From contig NC_043002.1 in NCBI RefSeq assembly GCF_006345805.1, positions 89,652,001 to 89,716,000 on the forward strand: a stretch of 64,000 bases of DNA. Reading direction: 5' to 3'. The stretch comes from Octopus sinensis (lineage: Eukaryota). Below, in pieces: positions 50,100 to 63,802 of the stretch; positions within the stretch are counted from its first letter, which is position 1; the number at the start of each line of letters is the position of its first letter. The notes under the pieces are model-generated. The model had not been told where the DNA came from. It was given only the letters and a program-made list of their open reading frames with translations, and did not search any database. A program made the translations under genes and the position numbers.

Positions 50100-53021
50100 T
50101 AACCTGAAGGACGGATCGTCCTTTCATCCAACATTGCTTTACTCAGAACAGGCAGCGTGAATGCACGTGGCCTGCGTCACATTGGAAGAAGCAGAACCTG
50201 CTCAACGACTTCAGATCATTAGCCATGGTGTGGTGGACATCAGTGAAACCAAAATTACCGAGCCACGAGCTAGCTTTCGCGCCCACTTTCGACGGCTACG
50301 AGGCGTACACATCTCCAAGTCCATTGAGACCGGGAGGTACAGTTGCTATGTTGTTTCAGAAATTCTGTTCCCGGACTCAGGAGGTAACTCAGGGCTGTTG
50401 GACACGACCAACAACAAAGGCCATACCATCTGTCTTGTAGGGGTGGGGCAGTCAGATTTCTTCAGGTGCCGAGAGTCTTTATTAAAAACATATCGTCTTT
50501 TAGAGCTAGTGTGTGGTTCAATTGGTATCTTGGATACATGATGGGGTTTTGTGAGGCTAACCAATAGAAGAGGGGAGTACAAGCCTGCTCAGCCGTTTCC
50601 AGCGGTCTCACAGGCACCGGCTGGATATCTAGAATGTGTCACCCAACAGTCTGGCAAGTACTGATTGAATATCCAGAACATGTTACTATGAAAATGGACA
50701 AATTACATCCGTAATTTAAATTTATCTAGATAGAGTATTCTGTAGGGTACTTGATAGGGTTAGCATATGTTGTCCGCGATTCAGAGTGATCAGCTACACA
50801 AGTGGTTCTCAACCGGGGTCCGTGTGATCCTTGGGGGTCCATATAAAATTTTGCTGTTAAAATCTATGTGCAATAAACTTCTACAATACACAAACTGTTA
50901 AAACCTTATTTTAAATACAATTCCTAATGGTATTTAATTATCAAAATGCAATAGGATTTTGTAAACATCCAACCGAGTAAAATAGGAACCAGAGGGGTTT
51001 ATAGGTAAAGAAAAATAAATGGTTGAGAATCATTGAGTTACATATGCCATAAATTTGTCCTCTGTACGCTCAACCTAGGCAGGTTTCGTAGGCAGGGACC
51101 CGGTTATTGGGAAGCTGAATGAGTTAGAGAGGACGGATTAATCAAGTGATTTTGTGGAAGTTGACAGGGACAATCACCAGCAACAAATGGTGGTTCGCCC
51201 TGAAAAGTGCGATTAGAACAGGATTGATAAAGTTTAGGAAGGGACTCGAAATAGAGAAAACTAGATTAGAAGGAGACTTTTTTAGAAATTTGAAAGTGTC
51301 CTTTGGAAAAGGCATCTCAGCTGACGTGTTTACTAGGAGATTGAACCTATATCAATTCTTCAAAGCGGAGCAGCAAGGCTGCGTTGTCGTAAGTAAGGCA
51401 CTTGTTCTAAGACATAAAAGAACGAATCAATCAGGAAATGTCGATGGATTTACAGTTCGGTCCATGTTGTTCAACAGAAGACAGAAGGACCAGGTGCATA
51501 GGCTACGGTTTGGTCTAGTTCACCCGAAGAAGAACTAGGATGAAGTGACGACCAGGGTGACCAGTCTCCTCCAGAAATAGATGGAGAGGAAGCCAACCCC
51601 GAACAGCCGGGCAGAGGCAATGAACGCCTGCATCGCTCTCGTCACCAATTACCACCCGACTGTCGTACCTTGCACAAGTTCACATTCGACCGGAATGGTG
51701 TGTCTGCTCTGCTGTTATTATTATTTTTTGGACAGAATGTATTTCACTGGTCAGGCGTTCCATTTGTCATCTATTATCGCGGGACTGTCGTCCCTTGCCT
51801 TGCTTCGTGCCTGACCAAGCTGGAACGCTTGCTTTTCCGCTTTTTGTGGAAAAGCGTGTTCCACTCGTCAGACGGTCCATCTGCTGTCAACAGCCACTGA
51901 GTGGAGGACTGGGTATGCCGTGGTTAATGATGCGTAGATACGCGCTGAGGCTACAACAGTTCCAGCATTTTGTTTACGGTGAACAAGTGTGGTCGCCGCT
52001 TGTCAAACAGGATCTTTCGTAGCTCGTCTCATTGACGGAGCTACAGTCCTGAATCAAATGTAGACCAAGAAAGGGCGCTTGGCACCGTGAGTGTCGGCAA
52101 GCGCTCATAGCTTTCTGCCAGTCGGACAGCGCGGTCGGTGGAAGTTCCACTATGGAGTTCTGTAGGGGATTAGTGGCGGACAAGAGCGACGACGTCCTTG
52201 GGGAAACTCTGGGCGTCGGGAGGGATCAATTAACTGGTCCTTTCCGGAGGACTTTCGGCCCGGAGCCTATGGATAATTTCCAGAAATCCCTAAACCTGGT
52301 AGTGCTACCGGGACGCTCTGCCGGTTCGAGACAAGCTCTACAGACACAGAAGCATTGTTAGACGGATCTGTCCGATTGTACGCCGGGCGACGAAATCGTC
52401 CTGCACGCACTCGTCCAGTGTCCGTGCATTAATGACTTGTGGAACTTTGTCGAACAGCTGTTATCGCGTGTAGGACGGGTCTAATTATCAGCCGAATCCA
52501 TCGTGAAGATAGCCTTGCCGCCTTCCTTTGGCCGGGGAGGAAAGGCAGATTTCCTCTGTCTAGTGGCTATGGCAAAAGAGGTAGTGTGGTGAACGAGTCT
52601 GAAAGGACTGAAGACAGATACTTTCCTCTTCGGCCAGGGACTTTTTCAAGTTCCACTTGAAAAGGAAAGTGAGGGTAGAGAAAGAAGTTTTGCCCCCAGT
52701 AAATTTGTTTGAAGGTGGGTGTATGTGGTGAGTATGGCTCGTGTAAATAGGCCTGCTCTGAACTTTTGTTTGTAAACCAGAGGAGTTGAGAAGGAGAGAG
52801 GCGCCTGCTGAGGTGCACCTGGCAGTCGAAATAACCGGGTTGTGTGGGGTTCTGCAGTTGTCCATGTGAAGAACTCTCCGCTTTTGGGGAATTTGTATTG
52901 TTAAATTATTTTGTTATTTGTTTTTTTTTTGCTACTTATTGTATACATGGCATTGTTCAACACCCCACTTGTCCCTTATTTTTCCTATTTGTTTTGTTTG
53001 CGGCCCTTGGCTAATATAAGA

Positions 53022-53030
<9 letters not shown>
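50100..53030 (+). mobile_element. Decayed Tx1/L1-type LINE ORF2 (APE, linker, C-terminus; RT core deleted)
   Basis: DISETK..GGTVAMLF (APE); LERLLFRFLW..VRRSICCQQPLSGGLGMP; HALVQC..LW; tail ggcccttggctaatataagaaa + (TAT)n. Confidence 0.75.
50800..51035. mobile_element. hAT-type MITE nested in the Tx1 remnant
   Basis: TIRs AAGTGGTTCTCAACC and GGTTGAGAATCATTG; 8-bp TSD AGCTACAC/AGTTACAT (6 of 8 match). Confidence 0.65.
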
Positions 53031-53069
<39 letters not shown>

Positions 53070-53072
<3 letters not shown>

Positions 53073-53526
53073 GGAGGTGAGCAGGGAGACACGTTAGCAC
53101 GTGAGTGAAATGCTTAGCAGCATTTCGTCCGTCCTTACGTTCTGAGTTCTGATTCCGCCGAGGTTGACTTTGCTTTTCATCCTTTTGGGATCGATGAAAT
53201 AAGTACCAGCACGCACTGGGTTCGATGTAATCGACTACCCCCTTCCCCCACAGTTTCAGACCTTGTGCCTAGAATAGAAATGATTATTATTATTATAATT
53301 ATTGTTGTTGCTAAGGAGGCGAGCTGGCAGAATCGTTAGTGCGCCGGACAAAATACCTACCGACATTTCGTTTGTCTTTACGTTCTGAGTTCAAAAGTTC
53401 GCCGAGGTCAACTTTACCTTTCATGCTTTAAAGATCAATAAAATAAGTATCAGTTGAGAACTGGCGTTGATGTAATCGATTTAATCCCTCCCCCAAATCA
53501 CTAGCCCTGTGTCTGTAGTAAAAAGG

Positions 53527-53594
<68 letters not shown>

Positions 53595-53850
53595 CATCAT
53601 TATTAAGACGGTGAACTGGCAGGATCGTTAGCGCGCCGGACGAAATACTTGGCAGTATTTCGCCCGTCGCTACGTTCTGAGTTCAAATTCCACCGAGGTA
53701 GACTTTATCTTTCACCCTTTAGGGGGTCGATAAATTAAATACCAGTTGAATACTGGAGTCGATGTAATCGACTAGTCCCCTCCCCACAAATTTCAGGCTT
53801 TGTGCCTATAGTAGAAAGGATTCTTGTTGTTGTTGTTATTATTATTATTA

Positions 53851-53906
<56 letters not shown>

Positions 53907-55690
53907 GAAGGCGGTGAGCTGGCAGAAACGTTAGCACGCCGAGCGAAATGTGTAGCCGTACTTCGTCTGCCGTTACGTTCTGAGTTCAAATTCCGCCGAG
54001 GTTGACTTTGCCTTTCATCCTTTCGGGGTCGATAAATTAAGTACCAGTTACGCACTGGGGTCGATGTAATCGACTTAATCCGTTTGTCCCCTCTATGTTT
54101 AGCTCCTTGTGGGTAATTGAGAAATAGGTATTTCGTCTGCCGCTACGTTCTGAGTTCAAATTTCGCCGAGATCGACTTTGCCTTTCATTCTTTCGGGGTC
54201 GATCAAATAAGTACCAGTTACGCACTGAGGTCGATATAATCGACTTAATCCGTTTGTTTGTCCTTGTTTGTTTCCTCTGTGTTTAGCCCCTTGTGGGTAG
54301 TAAAGAAATAGGTATTTCATCTGCCGTTACGTTTTGAGTTCAAATTCCGCCGAGGTTGACTTTGCCTTTCATCCTTTCGGGGTCGATAAATTAAGTACCA
54401 GTTACGCACTTGGGTCGATATAATCGACTTAATCCGTTTGTCTGTGCTTGTTTATCCTCTCTGTGTTTAGCCCCTTGTGGGTTGTAAAGAAATAGGTATT
54501 TCGCATGTTGCTACGTTTTGAGTTCAAATTCCGCCGAGGTCGACTTTGCCTTTCATCCTTTCGGAGCCGATGAAATAAGTACCAGTTGAGGAATGGGGTC
54601 AAAATTTCAGGCCTCGTGCCTATTGTAGAAAGGATTATTATTATTATTATTATTGAAGCAGCGAGCTGATAGAATCGTTAGTGCATTGGACAAAATATTT
54701 AGCGTCATCTCTACCGGCTCTTCACACCCTGAGTTCAAATTACGCTGAGGTCGTCTATGTTTTGGGGAGGGGGTCGATAAAATCAAGTTCCAACTGAAAA
54801 TTGCTGGCCTTGTATCAAAACTTGAAACAATTATCATAAGGACAATGAGTTGGTAGAATCGTTAGAACGCCGGACAAAAATGCTTAGTGTCATTCCCTTC
54901 GGCTATTAGCATTTCGAGCTCAAATCCTGTTGACGTCAACTTCGCCTTTCATCGCTCTGGAGGCGATAAGATAAAGTACAGTTAAATACTGGAATCGATG
55001 TAATCATCTAAGCATTTCGAAATTGCTGGCCTTGTGCGCAGGAGTGGCTGTGTGGTAAGTAGCTTGCTTACCAACCACATGGTTCCGGGTTCAGTCCCAC
55101 TGCGTGGCATGTTGGGCAAGTGTCTTCTACTATAGCCTCGGGCCGACCAATGCCTTGTGAGTGGATTTGGTAGACGGAAACTGAAAGAAGCCCGTCGTAT
55201 ATATGTATATATATATGTGTGTGTATGTGTATGTTTGTGTGTCTGTGTTTGTCCCCCTAGCATTGCTTGATAACCGATGCTGGCGTGTTTACGTCGCCGT
55301 CACTCAACGGTTCGGCAAAAGAGACCGATAGAATAAGTACTGGGCTTACAAAGAATAAGTCCTGGGGTCGATTCGCTCGACTAAAGGCGGTGCTCCAGCA
55401 TGGCCGCAGTCAAATGACTGAAACAAGTAAAAGAGAATAAAAAAGAGTAAAGAGTGCATTAATCAGAAGCCATTATTTTTAAAAAGCGTCGAGCAGGCAG
55501 AATCGTTAGCGCGTCGGATAAAATGCTAAGCAACATTTCTTCTGGCTTTTTACGTTCTGAGTTCAAATGCCACCGGGATCCACTTTGCGTTCTCCCTTTC
55601 GGCATCGATAACATCAGTGCCAGCTGAGCACTGAAGCTAACCTCCTTTCGCTAAAATTGCTTGTCTTGTGCCAAAATTGGAAACAATTAG
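53070..55690 (+). mobile_element. Dense cluster of co-oriented SINEs separated by (TTA)n
   Basis: Heads near 53070, 53312, 53605, 53908, 54655, 54838, 55035 (Meta-like) and 55488. Confidence 0.9.
53958..54635 (+). repeat. Tandem array of ~184-bp SINE-body units
   Basis: Units start at 53958, 54128, 54312 and 54496. Confidence 0.9.
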
Positions 55691-55929
55691 TATTATTGCG
55701 TTGTTTTTGTCGACTTGAACGGACGTGTTTTTTTGCTTGGTCTTTCTGTTGATATTTGGAGTACGAGTTGTTTTTTCCAGGAATTTTGTTGCACAACTTT
55801 GGATTTATTAATTGTTTTTGTCACGTAGCAGATATTTACGAGTCAAGTTGTTTTATTTCATTGAATCTACCAAAAAAGACAAAAAAGGAAACTCTCTTTT
55901 TGTTGGACTTTTTGCTCGACATCATTCAC

Positions 55930-57170
55930 AATGGCGTCGAATAACGCCTCCTCAAGCAAGAATGAAAATAGAATTCCTGCCTTTGCTATGCTAAATAATA
56001 ACAAATCTAATTTGTCAAAGTTTTCCCCTGTCATAAACAGGGAAAGTTTTTGCATTTTCAGAAAAGAAACATTTTTTTTTTTAATGTTGAGAAATTTTTT
56101 TCGGTGACGATACAAATGACAACAACAAATGTCATCGTTAATACATGGAGTTAGTGTTGCCTAAGCTGCCTCCATTCAATAACCGATATGCAAAAGATGA
56201 AGCTGAAAGGCAGCTGTGGAAAAATTATATTGACAAGAACATTATCTCTTTGCTCGAGAAATACACTGAAAAACGAGCAAGGAGAAATTTCATATACCTT
56301 TGTCTCACAAAAGGATTTTCATTCCCTACAAAACAAAAATTAAAGACACGTGGGCCAATATTATTGATATCGGAAAAAGAAAAGTTTACGGTATTGTCTG
56401 TTTGACTTTCAGAACAGAGGACGAGTCCCGTAAACAAGTGGAGTATGGGCGCGAAACACCGGCTTATAAGCTTGTGTGCTTGTACATGAAGCAGCCTAAC
56501 ACAGAATAACAGTGAGAGGTATAGCGAGCGATATTAAATCCTAGTTGGTCGTTGCTTTTGTAAAGCAATATGAACGAGTGGTGAGTGTAGGAAAAAAAAA
56601 TTACAGGTGGCCGGAAGGCGGCGAGCTGGCAGAATTCTTTAGCACGCCGGAAAAATTACTTAGCGGCATTTCGTCTGTCTTTACGTTCTGGGTTCAAATT
56701 TATCCGAGGAAACGACTTTGCTTTTCATCCTTTTGGAGTCGATGAAATAAAGTACCACTAGAACACTGGGGGTGGGGTGGGGGTGGCGATGCAATCGACC
56801 AGCCCTCCAAAATTTCAGGCCTTGTGTATATAGTAGAAACGGGAGAGGTGAACGGGAGAGGTGACAATGGATTTGCAAGTCTTTATAGTTACTCAGAACC
56901 ACAAGGCCATCTGGATGCTGTGTCCCGTTATCACCGCAGAGTTCAGAATCATAAAACTCAGGATACAGAACTAAAAAGCCCAGTTATTTCACCTGTGGAA
57001 GCAACGTTCACTTTGAGGCATTCTGCACCTGAAAAAGCTAGAAAAAACATAAATTTGAGCAGCATTTGGGGAAACTGCTATTCTGAAGCACAACCAATCG
57101 TAGGACCTGTTGCAGTTCTGAGTGGGGACGAAAATTCTGTCCCTTCTCGCCCTAGGTTACAAATACTTTC
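55930..57170 (+). pseudogene. Possible LINE ORF1 (gag-like) remnant interrupted by a SINE
   Basis: MASNNASSSKNE.., RITVRGIASDIK..VVAFVKQYERVVSV and a frameshifted GHL..CP knuckle-like piece. Weak resemblance to Tx1 ORF1. Confidence 0.3.
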
Positions 57171-57188
57171 ACGGTACTTTCTATCAGG

Positions 57189-57413
57189 CGAGCTGGCAGA
57201 AACGTTAGCGCGCCAGGCGAAATGCTTAGCGGTATTTCGTCTGCCGCTACGGTCTGAGTTCAAATTCCGCCGAGGTCGACTTTGCCTTTCATCCTTTCGG
57301 AGTCGATTAAATAAGTACCAGTTACGCACTGGGGTCGATGTAATCGACTTAATCCGTTTGTCTGTCCTTGTTTGCCCCCTCTGTGTTTAGCCCCTTGTGG
57401 GCTAAAATCAGAG
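57189..57413 (+). mobile_element. SINE (Deu/Nin-like) with 15-bp TSD
   Basis: GGTACTTTCTATCAG on both sides. Confidence 0.85.
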
Positions 57414-57704
57414 GTACTTTCTATCAGTTACGAGTTGGCAGAGGAGGTTATGTAACAGAGCTAGAAAATAGTGAAGCATTCCGCCTAATAGCTGTACTAT
57501 TTGCGAGGATGGGGAGGAACTGCATCCTCAAGATGAACGGAAGACAGTAGAAAAGAGAAGGAAATGAAATATGAGACAAAACATCCCAAACTGGCAGACA
57601 CGTGATTTCAAAAACTTAACGAATGCGTTAACACACGATACGAAAACTTCCTTCCAAGAGGCTAGTGTCATTCCCCTTTTTAAGCTTTTTTTTTTATATA
57701 TATA

Positions 57705-57883
57705 GGCGCAGGAGTGGCTGTGTGGTAAGTAGCTTGCTAACCAACCACATGGTTCCGAGTTCAGTCCCACTGCGTGACATCTTGGGCAAGTGTCTTCTGC
57801 TATAGCTCCGGGCCGACCAATGCCTTGTGAGTGGATTTGGTAGACGGAAACTGAAAGAAGCCTGTCGTATATATGTATATATA

Positions 57884-57953
<70 letters not shown>

Positions 57954-58180
57954 ATGTATTTGTGTGTCTGTGTTTGTCCCCCTAGTATTGCTTCTTGACA
58001 AACGATGCTGGTGTGTTTACGTCCCCGTCACTTAGCGGTTCGGCAAAAGAGACCGATAGAATAAGTACTGGGCTTGCAAAGAATAAGTCCCGGGGGCGAT
58101 TTGCTCGACTAGAGGCGGTGCTCCAGCATGGCCGCAGTCAAATGACTGAAACAAGTAAAAGAGTAAAGAGTAAAAAGAGA
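57705..58180 (+). mobile_element. Full-length SINE (Meta-like)
   Basis: Same family as 31913-32313. Confidence 0.85.
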
Positions 58181-58487
58181 TATAATTTATCATTTTTGTT
58201 TTTAAAAATTTGTCTTCAAACACGCAATCTAATATACAGTGCGTATGGACAAAGGCGGCGATCTAGCAAAATCGTTATCACTCCGGGCAAAATGCTTAGT
58301 GGCATTTCGATCATCTTTACGATCTGAATTCAAATTCCGCCGAGATCGACTTTCATTCTTTCGAGGTCGATAAAATAAGTACCAGTTGAACACTGGGGGT
58401 CGATGTAATCTACTTACTCCCTCGCCCGAAGGTGCTGACCTGTTCCAAAATTTGAAACCAATATATATGTGTGTGAACACATGTACA

Positions 58488-58835
58488 TGTGGAGGCGCAA
58501 TGGCCCAGTGGTTAGGGCAGCGGACTCGCGGTCGTAGGATTGCGGTTTCGATTCCCAGACCGGGCGTTGTGAGTGTTTATTGAGCGAAAACACCTAAAGC
58601 TCCACGGGGCTCCGGCAGGGGATGGTGGTGATCCCTGCTGTACTCTTTCACCACAACTTTCTCTCACTCTTACTTCCTGTTTCTGTTGTACCTGTATTTC
58701 AAGGGGCTGGCCTTGTCACTCTCTGTGACAAGGGTACACGTGTCTGTGGAGTGCTCAGCCACTGACACGTTAATTTCACGAGCAGGCTGTTCCGTTGATT
58801 CGGACCAACCGGAACCCTCGTCGTCGTAACCGAGT
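58488..58835 (+). mobile_element. OR-like SINE with small internal deletion
   Basis: Same family as 15402-15794. Confidence 0.88.
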
Positions 58836-60604
58836 ACATACATACGGACAGAGAAACAGCAGGTATCTGCAGAATGGAGTTAAACAGGAATCACTACGTT
58901 GCAAAGTTAAAAACTAACCGACGCCTTTACTCCGTATAACTTCTTTCTGAAATATATTCGTGTTTAGTCTCAATAACATTGTGCTGGTGTTTTCTCAGAA
59001 GCAATAGTGTTGTGTATCAAGTCAGTTGAATCAATCAAAATAAAATGAGATTTCCGATATGGCAAAGATTGTAATTCTAAAGAACTGACTTTATTCAATA
59101 CACAGTGTAAATTCTTTACATCTCAACTCTCACCTACACAACTTTATAATAGCTAGATACTGCTATATCAATCACTAAGACGCTATTATTATTTTTGCCA
59201 TGGATAATTATGTTATTTGTTGTATGTAAGCTTGTAATTCATCAACAAAACTTTACTTTTGTGTTGCCATAATCGAAGAAGTTCGTTCGTAGAAGTTCTC
59301 TTAAACTAAGTTAAAAAGCTGTAATTTGTCAGTCAGTGCTTCATATGGCAATTTTACTAAATGATTATATATTTGTGTATACTTAATAGTGATTGAGAGA
59401 ATGGACAACGAGATAGTATATATTATCGTTTAGCCCTAGGTCTATTGCGATCAAGTAGACCTTTGACCAGAGGTATTCCAGCCGTGTCTATTCTGTAATT
59501 TGAAATTAGGCCCGGGCAATCTTTTTCTAAAAGCGGGTCGCATGAGCGTAGTTCATTAGGCAAGTTGCACTACAAAAAATAAAATAAATAAATAAATAAA
59601 AAATAAAGATAATTTTTCATTAGACGCACCATTCAGAAAATCCCGCGGACAGCAGTTTGCCCAGGGCAGTTAAAGGTTAAGAAGGACTTCATTGTTTTAA
59701 TATTTCCATATTTCCATCTTCATGCGATATCTGAGAGAGATTTGACTGCTATTTCTAGTAGATCAAGTGACCACATAGTGGAATTTTCCTTACATCTTTT
59801 ACAGTCAGCGGAAGAAAATAATGGTTTTGTGAAAGCATAATTGTGTAATTGCTCATTTCTCTCGGTTGTCTGTCCAGTTTAAATACTACTGTCTTGTCTT
59901 TAAAGATCAAATATTGAGTATGTTAGTAGAATTTCAAGTGAGAACAAATCATTATTTGCAGTTGTACTAATAATTGATTTACTGCTTTACTTTGCCACCA
60001 TAAACTACAATTGTACGCAGCAGGGGTTTCTCGCGAGTCTCAAAGATTGAGTGTAACATTAATAAACACTACCTTAAATTGTACCGTTATTTTAAGTTGC
60101 AATGCATCATCGCTGTCTGATTGGTTAGAAGTGGGACTTCAATACATTTTTCATGTTGTAATCAATTAAACCTAATTGTTATTCTGTTCAACACTCCACG
60201 TATATTATATATTGAACTATATTATCGCCTCTGTTGCAAATCGTTTAATGGTAGTAATAATAGTTTTACTATTTTAATGAGATTTTGATGGCGTAAAAAC
60301 GTATGTGTATTTGAAAGAAAATGTTCAACACTAATTTCACTGTCTTCACACAATTGTTTTCTTTCATTCCTTTTAGATGTAGTTATCCTGATTCCTTTCA
60401 CGGAAATAGACTTTCTAGTCGACTCTTCCAGATGTCAGCTTTCTGTAATTGTCCAGACGAAACGACATTTGGAAACTATTTAATTTGACAATGTTTAAGA
60501 AACTTTAAATTTACCAACTAGTTTCTATATGAAGTTTCAGCTTATAACGGAAAGGTTACTGTCGATGAATCTGGCTATCTCTTTTTCTATCTAATATTCT
60601 AAAT

Positions 60605-60757
60605 CAGCCACGGGAAAACTGCGGCTCGCGGGACTTTATGAATGGCACACCTAAAATAAAAATTACCTTGAATTTTTATTCTAGTAGTACAGCCTGGCTG
60701 ATTATGAGCCATGCCTCATGCGGCCCGCTTCATGGAAAAGGTTGTCCGTACCTGCTC
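60605..60757. mobile_element. Degenerate hAT-type MITE
   Basis: cagccacgggaaaactgcggctcgcggg ... gcggcccgc..aggttgtccgtacctg. Confidence 0.4.
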
Positions 60758-60769
60758 TAAATTATCACC

Positions 60770-60915
60770 TATTTATTTACTACCCACAAGGGGCTAAACA
60801 AAGGTGGAACAAACAAGGACAGACAAACGGATTAAGCCGATTATATCGACTCCAGTGCGTAACTGGTACTTAATTTATCAATCCCGAAAGGATGAAAGGC
60901 AAAGTCGACCTCAGT
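60770..60915 (-). mobile_element. SINE (Deu/Nin-like), 3' part
   Basis: tacccacaaggggctaaaca..cggattaagccgatt..gaaaggcaaagtcgacctc. Confidence 0.8.
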
Positions 60916-63177
60916 GACTTGTCGTTGATAGGGTTGGATGGGATGTCAATGACAGAAGTAACAGAACAATCTATGCCAAAGTGTGTGACATGTACCAGTT
61001 CCGATCTTAATAAATTGTTGTTATGATTTTTGGATTCAGTAAAAACTACACACTTCTTGAAAACAGAAGCACGTTATTGGACGTCCCTGTTTCTTTGCTA
61101 AAACTCTTCTGAGTATTTTGATGTCGGAATTGTTAAGAAAAAGGTTTCTTTGACTTTTGAAGATCAAGCTCGCTGTTGCTGCTGTCAATCTCTATCCCAA
61201 TTACGTCACACGCAACTTTCTCCTGCCACATTGCTAGAGTGTGTGCTGCCCGGAGCAGCCCTTATGTTTGCTGTTCCCGCACCCTATAGAAGCTTATACA
61301 GTAACTCAATAGTGTCTGTTGTCAACTCTCAAACGATCTTTGTAGATTAGACCGTTTGAAAGTTGGCAACAGACTCAACGTAGTTGCTAGGGGCAGAAAA
61401 CCAGTCTCTAGTCATTCAGTTGTCCAATATCTTATCGACATGGCGTTCCACACTTTCTTATTTTTACTTTGGAATTATTGTTGCTTTTGTCATTGGCTTT
61501 TGTTCTTTCCCTGTTGTTCATTTTGCTGCTGTTACAGCAGTTACTGCCGCTTCTTTAGTTGCTTCGGTTATAGAAACTTCTGTGGTCCTGTTCACTAATG
61601 CAATTTCCTTCTGTATCACGCTGATAAAAGCAGAATAAACAAGACTACATCAACCTCCACCCTACCATCAGGTTTATTGGATTTAGAATTACACTATCCA
61701 ATGTCTCCTTCCTTTTTCAAGATGATAAAATATTATTTGAGAGCCATTTGGTTGCTATTTTTATCGGGTCAAACAACCGCGCGGCAGTTACTTCGTTGGT
61801 TATGAAATTGCTATTTTGTGTTTGCTTTCGCCATTATTAAATCTTGTCTTCAGAGTTGTTATTGGTGTTGACGATAACATGAGAGTCAATCACTGTAGAA
61901 CTGTATGCTATGACTCCGACATATATATATATAGCAAATGCAGCAGCAATATCCCCATTCCTGAATCTCCCACTGAACAACAGGATCGGAAAGGATTATC
62001 CAATACCAAACAATTTTAATTGGCGTTTCTTTCATAAACCAGAAGGAAACAAATTATTTGTGATGTTCTTATATTGTCTATTAAAAAGAGATGATCAACC
62101 ATTGCTGGAACACTTTTGATCATAGGTTAAACGTGGTTAAATAATCACAATATACAATATATCGTAAACAGTTACAACTGTTTTAATTGAAGTTGATTAG
62201 ATTCGTTTACAAATTCAAACGACTTCGAATATTCGCATGTAGTCATAAAAGTTGGTTCTTTTTGGTCTGGAACCTTCCGTTTAGAAATTCTTTCTATCCA
62301 TGTTAAAAAAATGTCCGAAATATTGAAGAGAGATTAAATGTAAACATATTTAGTTTTTATTCTATTTAGTAAAACTTTGTTTATGTCATTAAATGAAAAT
62401 TTATTTGAAGAGTTAGTTCTCTAAAACTTTCTAGTTTTAATATCAGAACAATTCCTGATGCAATAGATACTTCGAGTGCAGCTTTTATAGCAAATGTTTA
62501 TATGTAGGATGTTTATCTATAATTTATTCTCTATTTCTTTTTCTTGAGATTAAATTTTTAAGTAAATATGTACAGCTAGTAGCTTTTAAATATCATTTAC
62601 ACATTTATATATTTAATTTTTTTTCTTTTAAATAAATGTCCTATTAATGTTTATCTAATTTTACTGCTCGCAAAACTTTTGAGGAAGTCGGGAAGGTTAT
62701 AAACGATGCCGTAATAGCGCCACCTATTTTCTAACTGAATAAAGATTTACACCTCATATTAAGTAACATAAGCGGTTATTGTGTTTAGTTATCCAAGCGA
62801 AATTTCGTCTTTTATGGTCATTCCTGTATTATAATTACGACAGAAGCAAAAGGTTAATTATTGTATTCAGAACATTTTGAAGATTAGTTACGTGTTAAAC
62901 AAGTTGAAAGTTTATGAAAACCATACTTGTTTACTCTGAAAGCTCTATTTCTTTCTTGTGTTTGAATCGCCGGGTCAATGTAAATACATTAATATTTGAA
63001 ACATATTTACCCTTTCGTTACATTCTTCAGCATTTTTCATGAAATAGTTTTATCATGTATACAAGAAATTTAGGCAAAGATTTACATATTATGGGAATTT
63101 TTTTCCCCATCTAAAAAATAATATGGCTTCCAAAGAAAACACAAATTTGCTTTTGTTTTTGGTATCCCTTATATATA

Positions 63178-63233
<56 letters not shown>

Positions 63234-63345
63234 TTATGTATGTATGTATGTATGTATGTATGTATGTATATGTATGTATGTATGCTTTTGTTTTTGGTAT
63301 CCCTTATATATATATATATATAATATATATATATATATGTATATG

Positions 63346-63377
<32 letters not shown>

Positions 63378-63728
63378 TGTATGTATGTATGTATGTATGT
63401 ATGTATGTATGTGTGTGTGTGTGTAGCATTTCTCCTTAATGTGATGTCAACATTAAATAAATTTTGTTATTAAAACTTGTTCAGCATCTCTTATCAGGCG
63501 ATTTATGGTACTTAATTTCCATATCTTTTAGCCAGCAGAATCGATACAGAATTACACCTTAGAATCATCAGTTTATATATGGCGAGGCCATGTAATCGCG
63601 GCTAAAGTAATACACTAAGCTGTGAATGCGTTCTTAGTAATCACACAACACAGAATTCACAGCATAAGTAGCTGGACTACACCATCAAGTGACATTGGCT
63701 AATAATTCTTTGTTGAATATTCTTTCAG

Positions 63729-63802
63729 CCAAAAGCCATCATAGAGATGGATCTTAAAGAGGAAAAGAACACAGCTACTGACGACATCACCATTAAAACA
63801 CT
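63729..63802 (+). other. Weak candidate host exon
   Basis: Acceptor ttctttgttgaatattctttcAG, frame PKAIIEMDLKEEKNTATDDITIKT, donor GTAATG. Confidence 0.2.

Noticed and set aside
53958-54635. Regularly spaced repeats that might suggest a CRISPR array
   Set aside because: The units are ~184-bp SINE bodies with no unique spacers and no cas genes, in a eukaryotic context
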